A stretch of 64,000 nt of DNA, from contig NMRA01000015.1 of NCBI GenBank assembly GCA_002633005.1, positions 194,054 through 258,053 on the forward strand, given 5' to 3'. Below, piece after piece: positions 11,740 through 24,500 of this stretch. Position numbers and translations under genes: made by a program. The DNA is from Phoronis australis (lineage: Eukaryota; Animalia; Phoronida). Below the pieces are notes generated by a model. It ran no database searches, was not told the DNA's origin, and saw only the letters and a list, made by a program, of their open reading frames with translations. How positions within the stretch are numbered: the stretch's first letter is position 1; every line of letters starts with the position of its first letter.

Positions 11740-13460
11740 ATGTTTGTTATCAAACTGCCCCTGCAGGTGGCGCAGCAATTAGTGGGAATAGTTAAATTAG
11801 TTGAAATGCGTGATTGGTGTCTCTAACATTGAGCTTGTGAATGACATCATGTAAGTTAGCTCCCTGTCCACAGGTGACGCACTGATTAGTAGGAATAGTT
11901 GAATTGGTTGAATCCAACTAATCCCAAGTCAGCTCAACCTATTCAGCACTGAGCTATTCAACTAATTCAACTAATTCAACCAATTGTAGCACCATCTGAA
12001 GTATAACTGGCAATGTGAGACAGAAAGACCCGAGTCACTGACTTGCCTGCAGGTGGCGCAACACTTAGTGGGAATAGTTGAATTAGTTGAAATGCATGTT
12101 CTGTGTCTGTTAAGTTGAGAGCCTTTTGCTGATGCCATGATTGTTATCAGTCTGTTCCTGTAGGGGGCGCAGCGATTAGTGGGAATAGTTGAATTAGATG
12201 GAATATTTGTTCTGTGTCTCTCACTTTGTGAGCCTGGGGGTGAGCCTTTTGTTGGCGTCATGTATTTTTTCAATCTGCCTGTAGGTGGCGTAGCGATTAG
12301 TGGGAATAGTTGAATTAGTTGAAATGCCTGTTCTGTGTCTCTCAATTTGTCAACCTTTTGCTGATGTCATGATTGTTATCCTGTTCTGTGTCTCTCAAGT
12401 TGTGAGCCTTTTGCTGATGTCATGATAGTTATCAGTCTGTTCCTGTAGGTGGCACAGCGATTAGTGGGAAAAGTTGAATTAGTTGAAATGCGTGTTCTGT
12501 GTCTGTCAAGTTGTGAGCCTATTGATTATGTGATGAACTATATCTACCTGCCCTATTTGATCTACCTAATTTATCTACCCGTTATTTAGTGAATTCCCGT
12601 AGGTGGCGTTACATGTCTGCCTGCAGGTGGCGTTGTGATTAGTGGGAAGAGTTGAATTAGTTGAAATGCTTTTTCTGTATCTCTCAAGTTGTGAGCGTGC
12701 TGAGCCTTTTGCTGGCGCCATGTACTTTGTCAATCTGCCTGTAGGTGGCGTAGCGATTAGTGGAAATAGGTGCATTAGTTGAAATGTGTGTTCTGTGTCT
12801 CTCAAGTTGTGGGCCTGTTGCTGACGCCATGTTTGGTATCGGGTCTGCCTGCAGGTAGCGTAGCGATTAGTGGGAATAGTTGAATTAGTTGAAATACGTG
12901 CTTGGAGTTCCTAAAATTGTGAGCCTGTTGATGATGTCATGTACGTTCTCTACCTGCCCACAGGTGGCGCAGCGATTAGTGGGAATAGTTGAATTAGTAG
13001 AAATGCCTGTTCTGTGTCTCTTAAGTTATGAGCCTTTTGCTGATGTCACGATTGTTATCAGTCTGTTCCTGTAGGTGGCGCAGCGATTAGTGGGAATAGT
13101 TGAATTAGTTGAAATGCGTGTTCTGTGTCTGTCAAGTTGTGAGCCTGTGCCATGTGCTTCATCTGTTTGCCTGCAGGTGGCATAGCGATTAGTGGGAATA
13201 GTTGAATTAGTTAAAATGTGGGTTCTGTGTTTCTCAAGCTGTGAGCCTGTATCTGACATGATGTTTGTTATCAGCTTATCCCTGCAGGTGGCGCCGCGAT
13301 TAGTGGGAATAGTTGAATAAGTTGAAATGCTTGTTCTGTATCTCTCACTTTGTGAGCCTGGTGAGCCTTTTGCTGGCGTCATGTACTTTTTCAATCTGCC
13401 TATAGGTGGCGTAGCAATTAGTGGGAATAGTTGAATTAGTTGAAATGCGTGTTTGGAGCC
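11740..13460. repeat. ~110-bp satellite with a CTCF-like motif per unit (CCTGYAGGTGGCGC-AGCGATTAGTGGGAATAGTTGAATTAGTTGAAATGC), ~15 units
   Basis: Motif at about 11760, 11868, 12046, 12157, 12278, 12442, 12596, 12620, 12738, 12848, 12957, 13068, 13170, 13281, 13399. Confidence 0.9.
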
Positions 13461-13687
13461 TTGCATGTATCATTCGATGTTGTTCACTGTATTTTGAAAT
13501 GGGTAACTTTTTATGAGAGGATACTGTCTCCTGTGTATGCCTGCAGGGTCCATGCTACTGGTGATGTAGTTTGCTAAATTACAAGCAAACTGAACCTGCT
13601 AGTGACTTATCTGTATATTGAACTCTAGTAGTCTGCAGAATGGATGTCAAAAGCAAGTACTCATGTCAACTTTGAATTCTATTGAAG

Positions 13688-13888
13688 GCACAAATCCACA
13701 GAAAGCTTTTAAGCTGATGCACGAGGTTCTGGAAAAGAAGTACCCAGGCCATATCCTGCCATCTAGCGACCTCCAGTGGATATTTGTGAATGCAGGAGGA
13801 TGGATGGGCAGTATGTGTTTGGTACATGCCTCCCTTACCGAGTATGTTCTATTCTTTGGAACAGCTGTGGACACAGTGGGGCACTCAG
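13688..13888 (+). CDS. SIGMAR1: SIGMAR1 exon 2
   Basis: TNPQKAF...[50 protein letters not shown], the ERG2/sigma1 signature; ag| acceptor and |gtaact donor; 201 bp, phase 1/1. Confidence 0.97.
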
Positions 13889-14064
13889 GTAACTGATACA
13901 TGATGCATTTCTTGGGTTTCTATTTAAACGTCAGTGGGAAGCTCTATAAGTTAGCGCTAATGATGCATGATTCCTGTTTGTTGAAATGCACACAGTCAGC
14001 TTGTCGTGTTGGATCTTTAGCCTATGAAAGCTGCCCTACATGCAGATGAAGAGCTTTGTGCTCT

Positions 14065-14750
14065 TTATCTATTGACATGGACAGCTTTCCACTCTCTCTC
14101 TATTCAAATGAACAGCTTTCTGCTCTCTATCTATTCAAATGAACATCTTTCTGCTCTCTCTGTATTCAAATGAACATCTTCCTGCTCTCTATCTATTCAA
14201 ATGAACATCTTTCTGCTCTCTATCTATTCAAATGAACCCCTTTCTGGTCTCTATCTATTCAAATGGACATCTTTCTGCTCTCTATTCAAGTGAACCGCTT
14301 ACTTCTCTCTCTATCTATTCAAATGAACATCTTTCATCTCTCTATCAATTCAAATGAACATCTATCCAAATGAACATCTTTCTGCTCTCTCTGTATTCAA
14401 ATGAACATCTTTCTGCTCTCTATCTATTCAAATGAACCCCTTTCTGGTCTCTATCTATTCAAATGAACATCTTTCTGCTCTCTATTCAAATGAACGGCTT
14501 TCTTCTCTCTCTATCTATTCAAATGAACATCTTTCTGCTCTCTCTGTATTCAAATGAACATCTTTCTGCTCTCTATCTATTCAAATGAACCCCTTTCTGG
14601 TCTCTATCTATTCAAATGGACATCTTTCTGCTCTCTATTCAAATGAACCGCTTTCTTCTCTCTCTATCTATTCAAATGATCTGCTTTCTGCTCTCTAAAT
14701 ATTCTCATGAACAGCTTTCTGTTCTATAATATTCAAATGAACAGCTTTCT
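14065..14750. repeat. ~31-33-bp minisatellite (TCTATCTATTCAAATGAACATCTTTCTGCTC)
   Basis: TTCAAATGAAC repeated about 20 times in SIGMAR1 intron 2. Confidence 0.95.
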
Positions 14751-14901
14751 TTCACTCAACCATCGCGATCAGGGGAATTAAACTTGCACTCAGTCGTTAT
14801 TATTCAGTTGTATTCAACCTTCATGATGGGGAATTCTACTGCATTTTGTCTGATTATTCTCGGTGTGTTCTTTGTGTGTCATGTTGTCTATTTTGTTGCA
14901 G

Positions 14902-14994
14902 GACGATACTGGGCCAACATTACTGATACCATCATACAGGGTCATTTCAAACAGTGGCAAGAAGGCAATATGAAGGCCAAAGACTTCGGTCCAG
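14902..14994 (+). CDS. SIGMAR1: SIGMAR1 exon 3 (GC donor)
   Basis: RYWANITDTIIQGHFKQWQEGNMKAKDFGP; acceptor tttgttgcag; ends CCAG|gcaagg; 93 bp. Confidence 0.95.
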
Positions 14995-15710
14995 GCAAGG
15001 CGTCATACCTGTGTTCTCCATAATCTGCTTTGACTTGTCACTGCGTTGAGTTTGAATTTTATTGTGATGATTGAGCTTGAGTTGAGTTTGAAAACCTATG
15101 CAATGAGTTTGAAGTATTGTGTTGGGAGGTTAGTAATTTCTTAAAAAAATTAGGACATTTTGAATTTTTGGTACCAGTTGAGTACATTTATTCTAAGACT
15201 TAACATACAAATTGTCCTCAGTACGAACAGTACATGAATTTTGTAATTCCGGTCAAGTTTGTGAGCTTTGTGTTGTGGAGAACGCTGCACACATTAGTGG
15301 AGTGGTTATGTAAAGGGGCATAGCTTGTCAATCTGAATGTTTTTGAAAAACGACTATCTTATCTGAGTTTTATCAGCTTGGTTGACTCTACTGACTAATA
15401 CTTTTCATGAGAAATCCCTTCCTAAATTAGAAACTGAAAATTTCAAGTCATTTCCAGCTTCTTGTATGAATGGAATATGTGACACTGACATGCAAGAAAT
15501 CTCTTAGAACCTGAATTAAACAGGAAACTTTTAGACTTCGACAAAACTGAATTAGGCTTACTACAAGAATATGTGGATTAAGGGGGTATATGTGACAAAA
15601 ATGGTGCCAGAATATTGTTTTTATGGTTGTCATGAACCTCCGGGCCTACCACCACCAAATTTTACCCAGCCCCTTAAATTCACTGCTGGACGAGTGATAG
15701 CCACTGGGGA

Positions 15711-15790
15711 GGCAGTGTGGCCTGGTGTGATAGGTGCCTGCGTTCTTTACTCAAGGTCGTGGGTTCGAGTCCCACTGGGCCACACTGCTA
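15711..15790 (+). mobile_element. tRNA-derived SINE head
   Basis: GGCAGTGTGGCCTGGTG (A-box-like) ... GGTTCGAGTCCC (B-box). Confidence 0.6.
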
Positions 15791-16324
15791 GACCCTAGAG
15801 TCAGATTTCTAGCTCCTCAGCTCAGTTTTAACTATATATTAATNGGGGGGGGGGTTGCCCGGGCCCCCTGGGCCCCCCCTAAATCCGCCTATGATTAATA
15901 AAGCACAAAAACAGTTCCAGGTGATCAGTGCAATTGGCCCACATGCGCGGCCTGCGCACGTATAATGTGTACTAGACACCCTGCAATTATTTTTTTAATG
16001 ATAGTCACTGCTGGACAGATGACAATTGCTGGATGAATCATAATCACTGTCACACATTCCTTCTCATTTTTCTTTTTTATGTTTTAAATGATAATGAATT
16101 GTAATTGTATACTTAATACATTCGCACGCTCACATTCAAATTCTATAGTTATAACATCAAACAAAAGCATCAAGAAATGTCTTTTAAAGAATGCAATGGG
16201 AGATGGTCTTCCAAAATGATTGATCTAGGGGCTTGAAATCTTTGTAAGGAACAATTTGTTTTAATTCTACTTTGGTCATTTAAAGTTGCATTTTACCCTG
16301 CCTTCATATAATAATTTCCAGAAT

Positions 16325-18687
16325 CGGTGGCGGATCTATGTTTTCAGTAAAGGGGGGTTTAGGATTCCTGCAAAGGTCGAATCCTAGGCACCGAGTGGGG
16401 GAGGTCGGGAGGGGGGTTCCCCCCTCCTGTGTAAGACATTTTTTTGTTTTTGTAGCCAAATAGTGAAATTTCCATGCATCCTGGTAAGTTTCTGGCACTT
16501 AACATGTCTCTGGAGTTTTTCTTAAAATATTTAAAAACCCTTCTCGATTTCGTCACATAAACTTGGCTCATAAGTTTCGTGAAACCATATTGTGCACATC
16601 TGGGTATGAGTCACGCCACCAGCAAAATTTTTTGTTGGAACATCTGCTTACACACACCTTTTTTAGCATACGAAAAGTCGTATACAAAAAAGTGTGGTGT
16701 GTATACAGGGGTTTAGACAACTTCCAAATATTCACGAGCATAAGGAGCATCGACGGGGACTAAAAACTTGAATATTAGATGAGTGGGTAACAGCAGCCTC
16801 AAGCTGTTTAAGAACGAAGACCTGCACTGTTAGTCCCGGAAATAAACATGTGTTTTATCTCGTTACGAGAAAAACTGGTGAACGATGGTGCTCGCAGCTC
16901 ATAGTCAATTATTAAAAGCGACAATAAATAATTAAGTATCACTTTATTAAGCTGAATCACGTTGACAACAATTGAAAAACTTCAAATGTACCAGGAAACA
17001 AAATCATCTGAAAACAGTTTCACGAAACCAAAACATCCTGTGCACAGTGGTGAAAAGATATATTGGACTAGTTTGCAGAGGGACCAGATGTACACTGAGA
17101 GTAGGGCCTACACAAAAAGGCTGACCTGGTCCATCACGAGACCAAGAGTACACCTGTGGTTATTATCCCTATAAAAATAGTCGATTTGTCGCGGGACCAA
17201 ACACTACTGGCTGAGATAAATAGTTTTACAAAGCACACTTTGGTAAAAAAGTCGCAAGACTAGTTCGCCGAGGGACCAGAAGTATACTGAAACTCAACAT
17301 CTACACAAATCAAGCTGGCCTGGTCCGTTGCGAGACCTAAAGTGTACTATGCAAAAAATTTTGAATTGCAAACTTCTCTCTAGATACTTTTTAATCCTCA
17401 GTGGTTACTCATACGTTAGTCCTATCCTTAGTTCTGTTGTCTAGACTGGCGAGGAATCTGCATATCGGATCCAATGGTTTGCTCGTCTTGGAACCATTCT
17501 ACCCAGATATCTTCGATGTTTGTTCCCAACGCTTGCACTTCGTCAACTGCTGTGTCAATGAGCTTGAAAGCCTCTACAATGTCAGCATCTGTTTTGCAGT
17601 TCAGTTGGCACTAAGACCCTTGAGGTTGCCAAGTCCATTCAAAAACTTACATGCGCAACTAAATTTGATCCGTTCATCATGGACTACTTCAAACCTTGAC
17701 GATGTATCCCAGCAGGATCTATTTACATCTCTTGCAATTTTCGAAATAAACGTCCCAGTGTCTGAACGCTTGAAACCCGAAGTACTAACATCAAATAAAT
17801 GCCCTCGGGCATGAGCGTTTCATCGGGTGGGCCTTTCTGCGGAAATTCCCAATATAGAAGACGGCAGTGTGCTTATTGCAGGTAGAAAGACGGTAGGCGT
17901 TGAGGTCGGAACTAGGGTTCCTTAGGAGGCCTATTGAACACCACAAGAGTCCCGCAAGACTTTGTTGTGAAAGAACAGTCTCCCCGTAATTTCTGGTACT
18001 GTACACTGTTTGCGAATGCGGTCAGTTTGTCAATGTGAATCCCCCCTTGGTCATTCCTTGTATAGACATAACTTGTTAGAGTGTATCTTCAAACGGACTC
18101 TCGACCAGACCACGGCGCCCGCCACAATAGCAATTCTTCGGAAAAAGAATTTTTTTCAAAAATATTACATGTACATGTACACTGTATGATATTGCACAAG
18201 ACAACTTTACTGTACATCAGTTACAAACGTGTGGAATGTAATAGAATGACACGGCATGACAGATGAGGTAAAAACGTTGCACGTCAATTCGCCTGAATAT
18301 CAGGGTTGCGCCATCACAGTATTTCCCCTAATCAAATCAAAACATATCTTAGAGTAAAAAAGCTAGTTACCTAAAGAAATTAGCTATAGAACTGCTTTTT
18401 CAGCGGTGGATCCATCTAAAATGCTTGGCTACTCCAGAAGTATGGACGGAAGCGCACGCACAATTGATCTCCGCACATTTTGCCGATGAGCCACGAAGAC
18501 TCAGCAATTCACAATGCAAAAAATTATATTTTCAGAGTGAACCCCCCTCAATTTTTTCCAAGTTGGTTTACTTGGGGTTTACACACGCTTGCGGTGCCGT
18601 TTTTGTTTTGCTGGAGATTTTTATTTTTTTTTTATTTTTGGGTCCTGACCCAAGGGGGGGTTTAAACCCCCTGTTGATCCGCCACGG
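16325..18687. mobile_element. Degenerate hAT transposon, TIR CGGTGGCGGATC/GATCCGCCACGG, probable 5-bp TSD AGAAT/AGCAT
   Basis: TIRs followed by G/C-rich subterminal tracts; internal transposase relic. Confidence 0.7.
17405..17740 (-). pseudogene. hAT transposase fragment (PRKRIR/THAP12/ZMYM-like group), frameshifted
   Basis: Minus strand reads LGNLKGLSA..ADIVEAFKLIDTAVDEVQALGTNIEDIWVEWFQD..IGSDMQIPRQSRQQ, matching the LS..LQ...D...A...PR...RQ region of these hAT transposases. Confidence 0.65.
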
Positions 18688-19220
18688 AGCATATTCCTTT
18701 GCGTGATAGGATTGTATTTTGATTACCAACAAGAACACGCACATTGTGCACTAGCGCCATTTTTCAATTGGCATTATTATGGTTGGTGTTTTCTAAGTAA
18801 TGGAAATAGAATTTTTTCATGGTAAAGAATCAGACAGAGAGTAAAATGCCTAATTTGATTTTTGGAGTCTATTAAACAGGCAAAATGCCACTTTAATTAA
18901 CTTTTAAAGTTATTAAGGTTTGGAAATAATTCAGATCCTTGCTACATGCATAATTATTGAGGTACTTTTAATAATAATTTGGTCCAACATTAGCGACTGA
19001 TATCACATATTCTGATAACCATGTCTTTGTGTGATAATTTGGTCCAACATTAGCCACTAATATCATATCTTCTGATAACCATGTGTTTGTATGATAATTT
19101 CTTAACAATGTGAATCACTTGAGACCATAATTGTTAGTAACATCGCATTAAAAATATTATTTAGTACATTGAGCTGGTTTCACTCATATATACTTTATGT
19201 AGTTGTTCATGTCTTCACAG

Positions 19221-19468
19221 GTGACACTATCGTTCATACTTGGGGAGAGGCGACAGGTGTTCAGTGGAGTGCCAACACATGGATGATTGAACATGGCCGG
19301 GGCTTCATTCCATCAACCTTGCCATTTGCCTTGTCTGACACCATATTTGGCACGCAAGACTTAGTTACGGTATTCTACACATTCAGGATTTACACCAAAG
19401 CTTTGCTCCAAGAATCTAAGTTTTTATTTGCTGACATACAGAGGCTGGTGTCCGATTATATTTATTGA
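19221..19468 (+). CDS. SIGMAR1: SIGMAR1 exon 4 (last), copy A
   Basis: [57 protein letters not shown]...DYIY*; acceptor cttcacag. Spliced CDS 133+201+93+248=675 nt (224 aa). Confidence 0.95.
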
Positions 19469-21301
19469 CATACAGAGGCTGGTGTCTGATTATATTTATT
19501 AGTGAGTTGATGGGAGCATGACCTAGGAGCTTTAGTGTTGAAAAACAATCTTTAAGATAAATCTCAGTGGAGTATTAACTGCGTGCTCATTTGAAAACCT
19601 CGAAATGAACAAAAATAAGTCCGGTCACGTTTCTGTGAGTGGCATTTGCTGTGGTTCACACGTTTCACTTGGCCATATTTACATCACGTTGTTAGGGTGA
19701 ATTTATATCGATTTAGATTGGAAAGTCAGCTGATTGTGAATTCTAACATATGCTTTGTTAACCCACAAGCGCATTTCCTTGTTCACCATAAAATCATTGA
19801 TCTCCGTTGTGAGTTTCCCAAGCTTTTCGAAAACTTGCCTTTCTGTTTTTGTTAACAATGAATGTTTATGTGGGACTGAGCCTAAAATGGAGTTCAGTTG
19901 TAGAGTTCACATTTTACCCTGCTGTTAATAGCTGGTTATAACGCATAGCTTGATTGAACTGTCCAGTGGCATTTTGAATATATACTAGAAATCTTCCTGA
20001 ATACCTGTTCACAGACAAAACATTTTTTGTGGAAAATAAACTCTGTGGCAGAAAATACCCGAAATGCCTAACATGTCAGCAGCCTGTTTTGTTGCCAGTA
20101 GTTACCGCTGTCCTACCTTATAATATTTTTACCTGCACAAAGTTCAATAAATTGGTTTACGAATATAGTCGAGTGTGAATTCAAAATGAACTTGAATTTT
20201 TGTTCATGAAAACAGTGTCATGTTAGTTATCTGTTGCCTTAGTTACATATGGGAGNTACATGTACACTGCATGATATTGCGCAAGACAACTTTACTATAC
20301 ATCAGTTACAAACGTGTGGAATGTAATAGAATGACACGGCATGACAGATGAGGTAAAAACGTTGCACGTCAATTCGCCTGAATATCAGGGTTGCGGCACC
20401 ACAGTATTTCCCCTAATCAAATCAAAACATATCTTAGAGTAAAAAAGCTAGTTACCTAAAGAAATTAGCTATAGAACTGCTCTTTCAGCGGTGGATCCAT
20501 CTAAAATGCTTGGCTACTCCAGAAGTATCGACGGAAGCGCACGCACAATTGATCTCCGCGCATTTTGCCGATGAGCCACGAAGACTCAGCAATTCACAAT
20601 GCAAAAAATTTTTAGAGTGAACCCCCCTCAATTTTTTCCAAGTTGGTTTACTTGAGGTTTACACACGCTTGCGGTGCCGTTTTTGTTTTGCTGGAGACGT
20701 TTTTTTATATTTTTGGGTCCTGGCCCAAGGGGGGGGTTTAAACCCCCTGAACCCCCTGTAGATCCGCCACGGAGCATATTCTTTGCGTGATAGGATTGTA
20801 TTTTGATTACCAACAAGAACACGCACATTGTGCACTAGCGCCATTTTTCAATTGGCATTATTACGGTTGGTGTTTTCTTAGTAATGGAAATAGAATTTTT
20901 TCATGGTAAGGAATCAGACAGAGAGTAAAATGCCTAATTTGATTTTTGGAGTCTATTAAACAGGCAAAATGCCACTTTAATTAACTTTTAAAGTTATTAA
21001 GGTTTGGAAATAATTCAGATCCTTGCTACATGCATAATAATTGAGGTACTTTTAATAATAATTTGGTCCAACATTAGCGACTGATATCACATATTCTGAT
21101 AACCATGTCTTTGTGTGATAATTTGGTCCAACATTAGCCACTAATATCATATCTTATGATAACCATGTGTTTGTATGATAATTTCTTAACAATGTTAATC
21201 ACTTGAGACCGTAATTGTTAGTAACATCGCATTAAAAATATTTAGTACATTGAGCTGGTTTCACTCATATATACTTTATGTAGTCGTTCATGTCTTCACA
21301 G

Positions 21302-21549
21302 GTGACACTATCGTTCATACTTGGGGAGAGGCGACAGGTGTTCAGTGGAGTGCCAACACATGGATGATTGAGCATGGCCGGGGCTTCATACCATCCACCT
21401 TACCATTTGCCCTGTCTGACACCATATTTGGCACGCAAGACTTAGTTACGGTATTCTACACATTCAGGATTTACACCAAAGCTTTGCTCCAAGAATCTAA
21501 GTTTTTATTTGCTGACATACAGAGGCTGGTGTCCGATTATATTTATTGA
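21302..21549 (+). CDS. SIGMAR1: SIGMAR1 exon 4, copy B (allelic duplicate)
   Basis: Same protein; 5 synonymous differences. Confidence 0.85.
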
Positions 21550-24500
21550 CATACAGAGGCTGGTGTCTGATTATATTTATTAGTGAGTTGATTGGAGCAT
21601 GACCTAGGAGCTTTAGTGTTGAAAAACAATCTTTAAGATAAATCTCAGTGGAGTATTAACTGCGTGCTCATTTGAAAACCTCGAAATGAACAAAAATAAG
21701 TCCGGTCATGTTTCTGTGAGTGGCATTTGCTGTGGTTCACACGTTTCACTTGGCCATATTTACATCACGTTGTTAGGATGAATTTATATCGATTTAGATT
21801 GGAAAGTCAGCTGATTGTGAATTCTGCCATATGCTTTGTTAACCCACAAGCCCATTTTCTTGTTCACCATAAAATTGTTGATCTCCGTTGTGAGTTTCCC
21901 CAGCTTTTCAAAAACTTGCCTTTCTGTTTTTGTTAACAATGAATGTTTATGGGACTGAGCCTAAAATGGAGTTCAGTTGTAGAGTTCACATTTTACCCTG
22001 CTGTTAATAGCTGGTTATAACGCATAGCTTGATTGAACTGTCCAGTGGCATTTTGAATACATACTAGAAATCTTCCTGAATACCTGTTAACAGACAAAAC
22101 ATTTTTGTGAAAAATAAACTCTGTGGCAGAAAATACCGGAAATGCCTAACATGTTAGCAGCCTGTTTTGTTGCCAGTAGTTACCACTGTCCTACCTTACA
22201 ATATTTTTACCTGCACAAAGTTCAATAAATTGGTTTACGAATATAGTCGAGTGTGAATTCAAAATGAAGTTGAATTTATTTTTGTTCATGAAAACAGTGT
22301 CATGTTAGTTATCTGTTGCCTTAGTTACATATGGGTGCACAATCTTTGTAAAAACGAGTTCCTGATATCCCAAAAGGGACCTTTCATGTTTTTTTATTTT
22401 AAACATGCATACTAAACTTTTTGGGTGGTGCCCTGCCAAAACCAGTGAGACATTGGTGAGGTTTTATGGAGGAGTTTACTAAAGATTTTATATTGCTTAT
22501 TGTACAATCCAACTTGTGTGACTGTTGACCAGTTTTAGCCAAGCAATATGCAACTGTTTGTTGACCAGTTTTTTCCAGGCAATATTATGAATGTCTTGGA
22601 AGAACATATTAATAACAGCATAGTTTTTTTATCATATGAAGTAGATTCACTAATGGTTTTATTAGAATTTGGAAATATTTGGTAATCTTTTTGTGAGTTT
22701 TTTTCCTAGCCTAGTACATGAGCTGTATGTTTTGCATGGACACACTAAGTGTTATGTATCTTGTTGTATACTAACATAGTACCGACTTCTGTTAGACAAA
22801 GATCCATTTTGTTTCTTCTTATTTAAGATTGATGGTTATAAACATCAATTCAATATTCTTTTACTTCAGACATTTGCCAAAACATTAACATAATGGACCT
22901 TTGAGGATAAAGCAGGATTAGACAATTGTGGTTGACTGCCACTCCTAATGTCAAGATCCCGTCTTGTGGAGCTATTTTTCTCAGAAATTTTCCAATTTCT
23001 TTCAATTCCGCACTTTTGCTGATCATGTTCCATTAATTGGCCAAAATAATGTACGTGTGATCTTCAACTTGTATAATTGTTACTTTGCTCTTTATTCTTG
23101 TTTTTCCTGTTGAATATAAAGCTACTGTGATATTTGTTTTCTATAATACTTGTTCCGTCTTAACTATACTAACCTAGCTCAGCAACGCAAAGTTCTAATA
23201 CCTTGGGACATTGGCACTTTTAGCATTCTTCGGATTTCTCAAAATATCAGACATTGCCTTTTTTGTCTAAAGTAGACTTGACAGTTCACAAAAGTGTTTA
23301 AAGTTGACAATTAGCTGCAAATGCAACATTTTCATGTATCAATGTGATGTGTAATGTTGAGATGAATGATCATTTGTTGTCATTCATAAACAATGAATTT
23401 GGTGCAACAAGTAAAGGCCATTTCTAAATTTTAGAACAAGCTGGGGCTTTGATGAAAACAATTTTTCACTGGACCCCATATTTTAGTGCTATGCATTTTC
23501 AACACAAAAACCAAGGGTGCCACGTGTCAAACTAATACACAATTTTATATAATGTGGGCACATGAAAATTAATTGAAACATATGTATTCCCAGTACAAAA
23601 ATTATGTACAGTGCCAGTGATGTATTCCCAGTACAAAGATTATGTACAGTACCAGTGATGCAAGATAACAGAACTGAAACTGCAACAATTATAAATAGTA
23701 CAACTTGTAAATTAGTCACACTGTTGTTGTTCAAAACTGCAATTCAATAAATCGTAAACGGGCTGAAAGTTGCAAAACGTGACCTATTTAGGTATGTGAC
23801 CCAGGTAATTACATATGCCTATGTTAAGAAATGTGAATGAAAGTAGAAAAACGATTACTATCAGTTTAAGGTTATGTAGGACCTTATTGATCACTCTGTG
23901 CATTCCAGTAACTATCTACAAAACTATAAAATTTCTATTTTCTGTAAGTAGAGAACCAACAGAATTTTTGATTAATACCAAAGACGTTAACCAATCAGCC
24001 ACTGATTGAGTAACATGACCATGTGTTTGAAAAATTTAGCAAAAATGTAGTACATTCATAGCTATAATGTGACCAAATTTCATTTGTAAGTTTTCTAAGA
24101 TTTCATTTTATGCAACTTGATTTTTACATCAAATCATAAGCCCTATTCTTGAAACACCTTACAAAAATGGAACATATTAAGAGCAATTCCTAACAAAGCA
24201 TAAAACATAGTATCTGAAAGTTTCATATGAATGCGATTGTCCATTCTGAGATATGTTTCAAAGTTAGCCAAACTTTAGTAGGTCCTGCATAACCTTACAG
24301 ACAAAAACTGAATGGTCTATTTGTTATACAAAATCTAAAACGTCTTGCACTGTTTCTAATTCTTCACACACATCACTTAACAGCAAAGTTTTGTGAGAAA
24401 TGACCAACTTGAACAAGGCTGCCATCAACACTCAAGAGCCATATACAATGTAAGGTAACACTGGCGTGTACTATCTTACTCATATCCACCACTAAACCCT

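Larger units (their letters stand above)
18172..22335. other. Apparent tandem duplication 18172-20255 / 20257-22335 joined by a single N (20256); likely uncollapsed haplotypes
   Basis: Near-identical ~2.1-kb copies with N at the junction. Confidence 0.85.

Noticed and set aside
11740-13460. CRISPR-like pattern of a conserved block plus variable spacer; repetitive ORFs 11971-13466
   Set aside because: The spacers are homologous to each other, the context is a eukaryotic intron and there are no cas genes; the ORFs are satellite translations.
17401-17814. 137-aa + strand ORF
   Set aside because: Antisense shadow of the decayed hAT transposase fragment.
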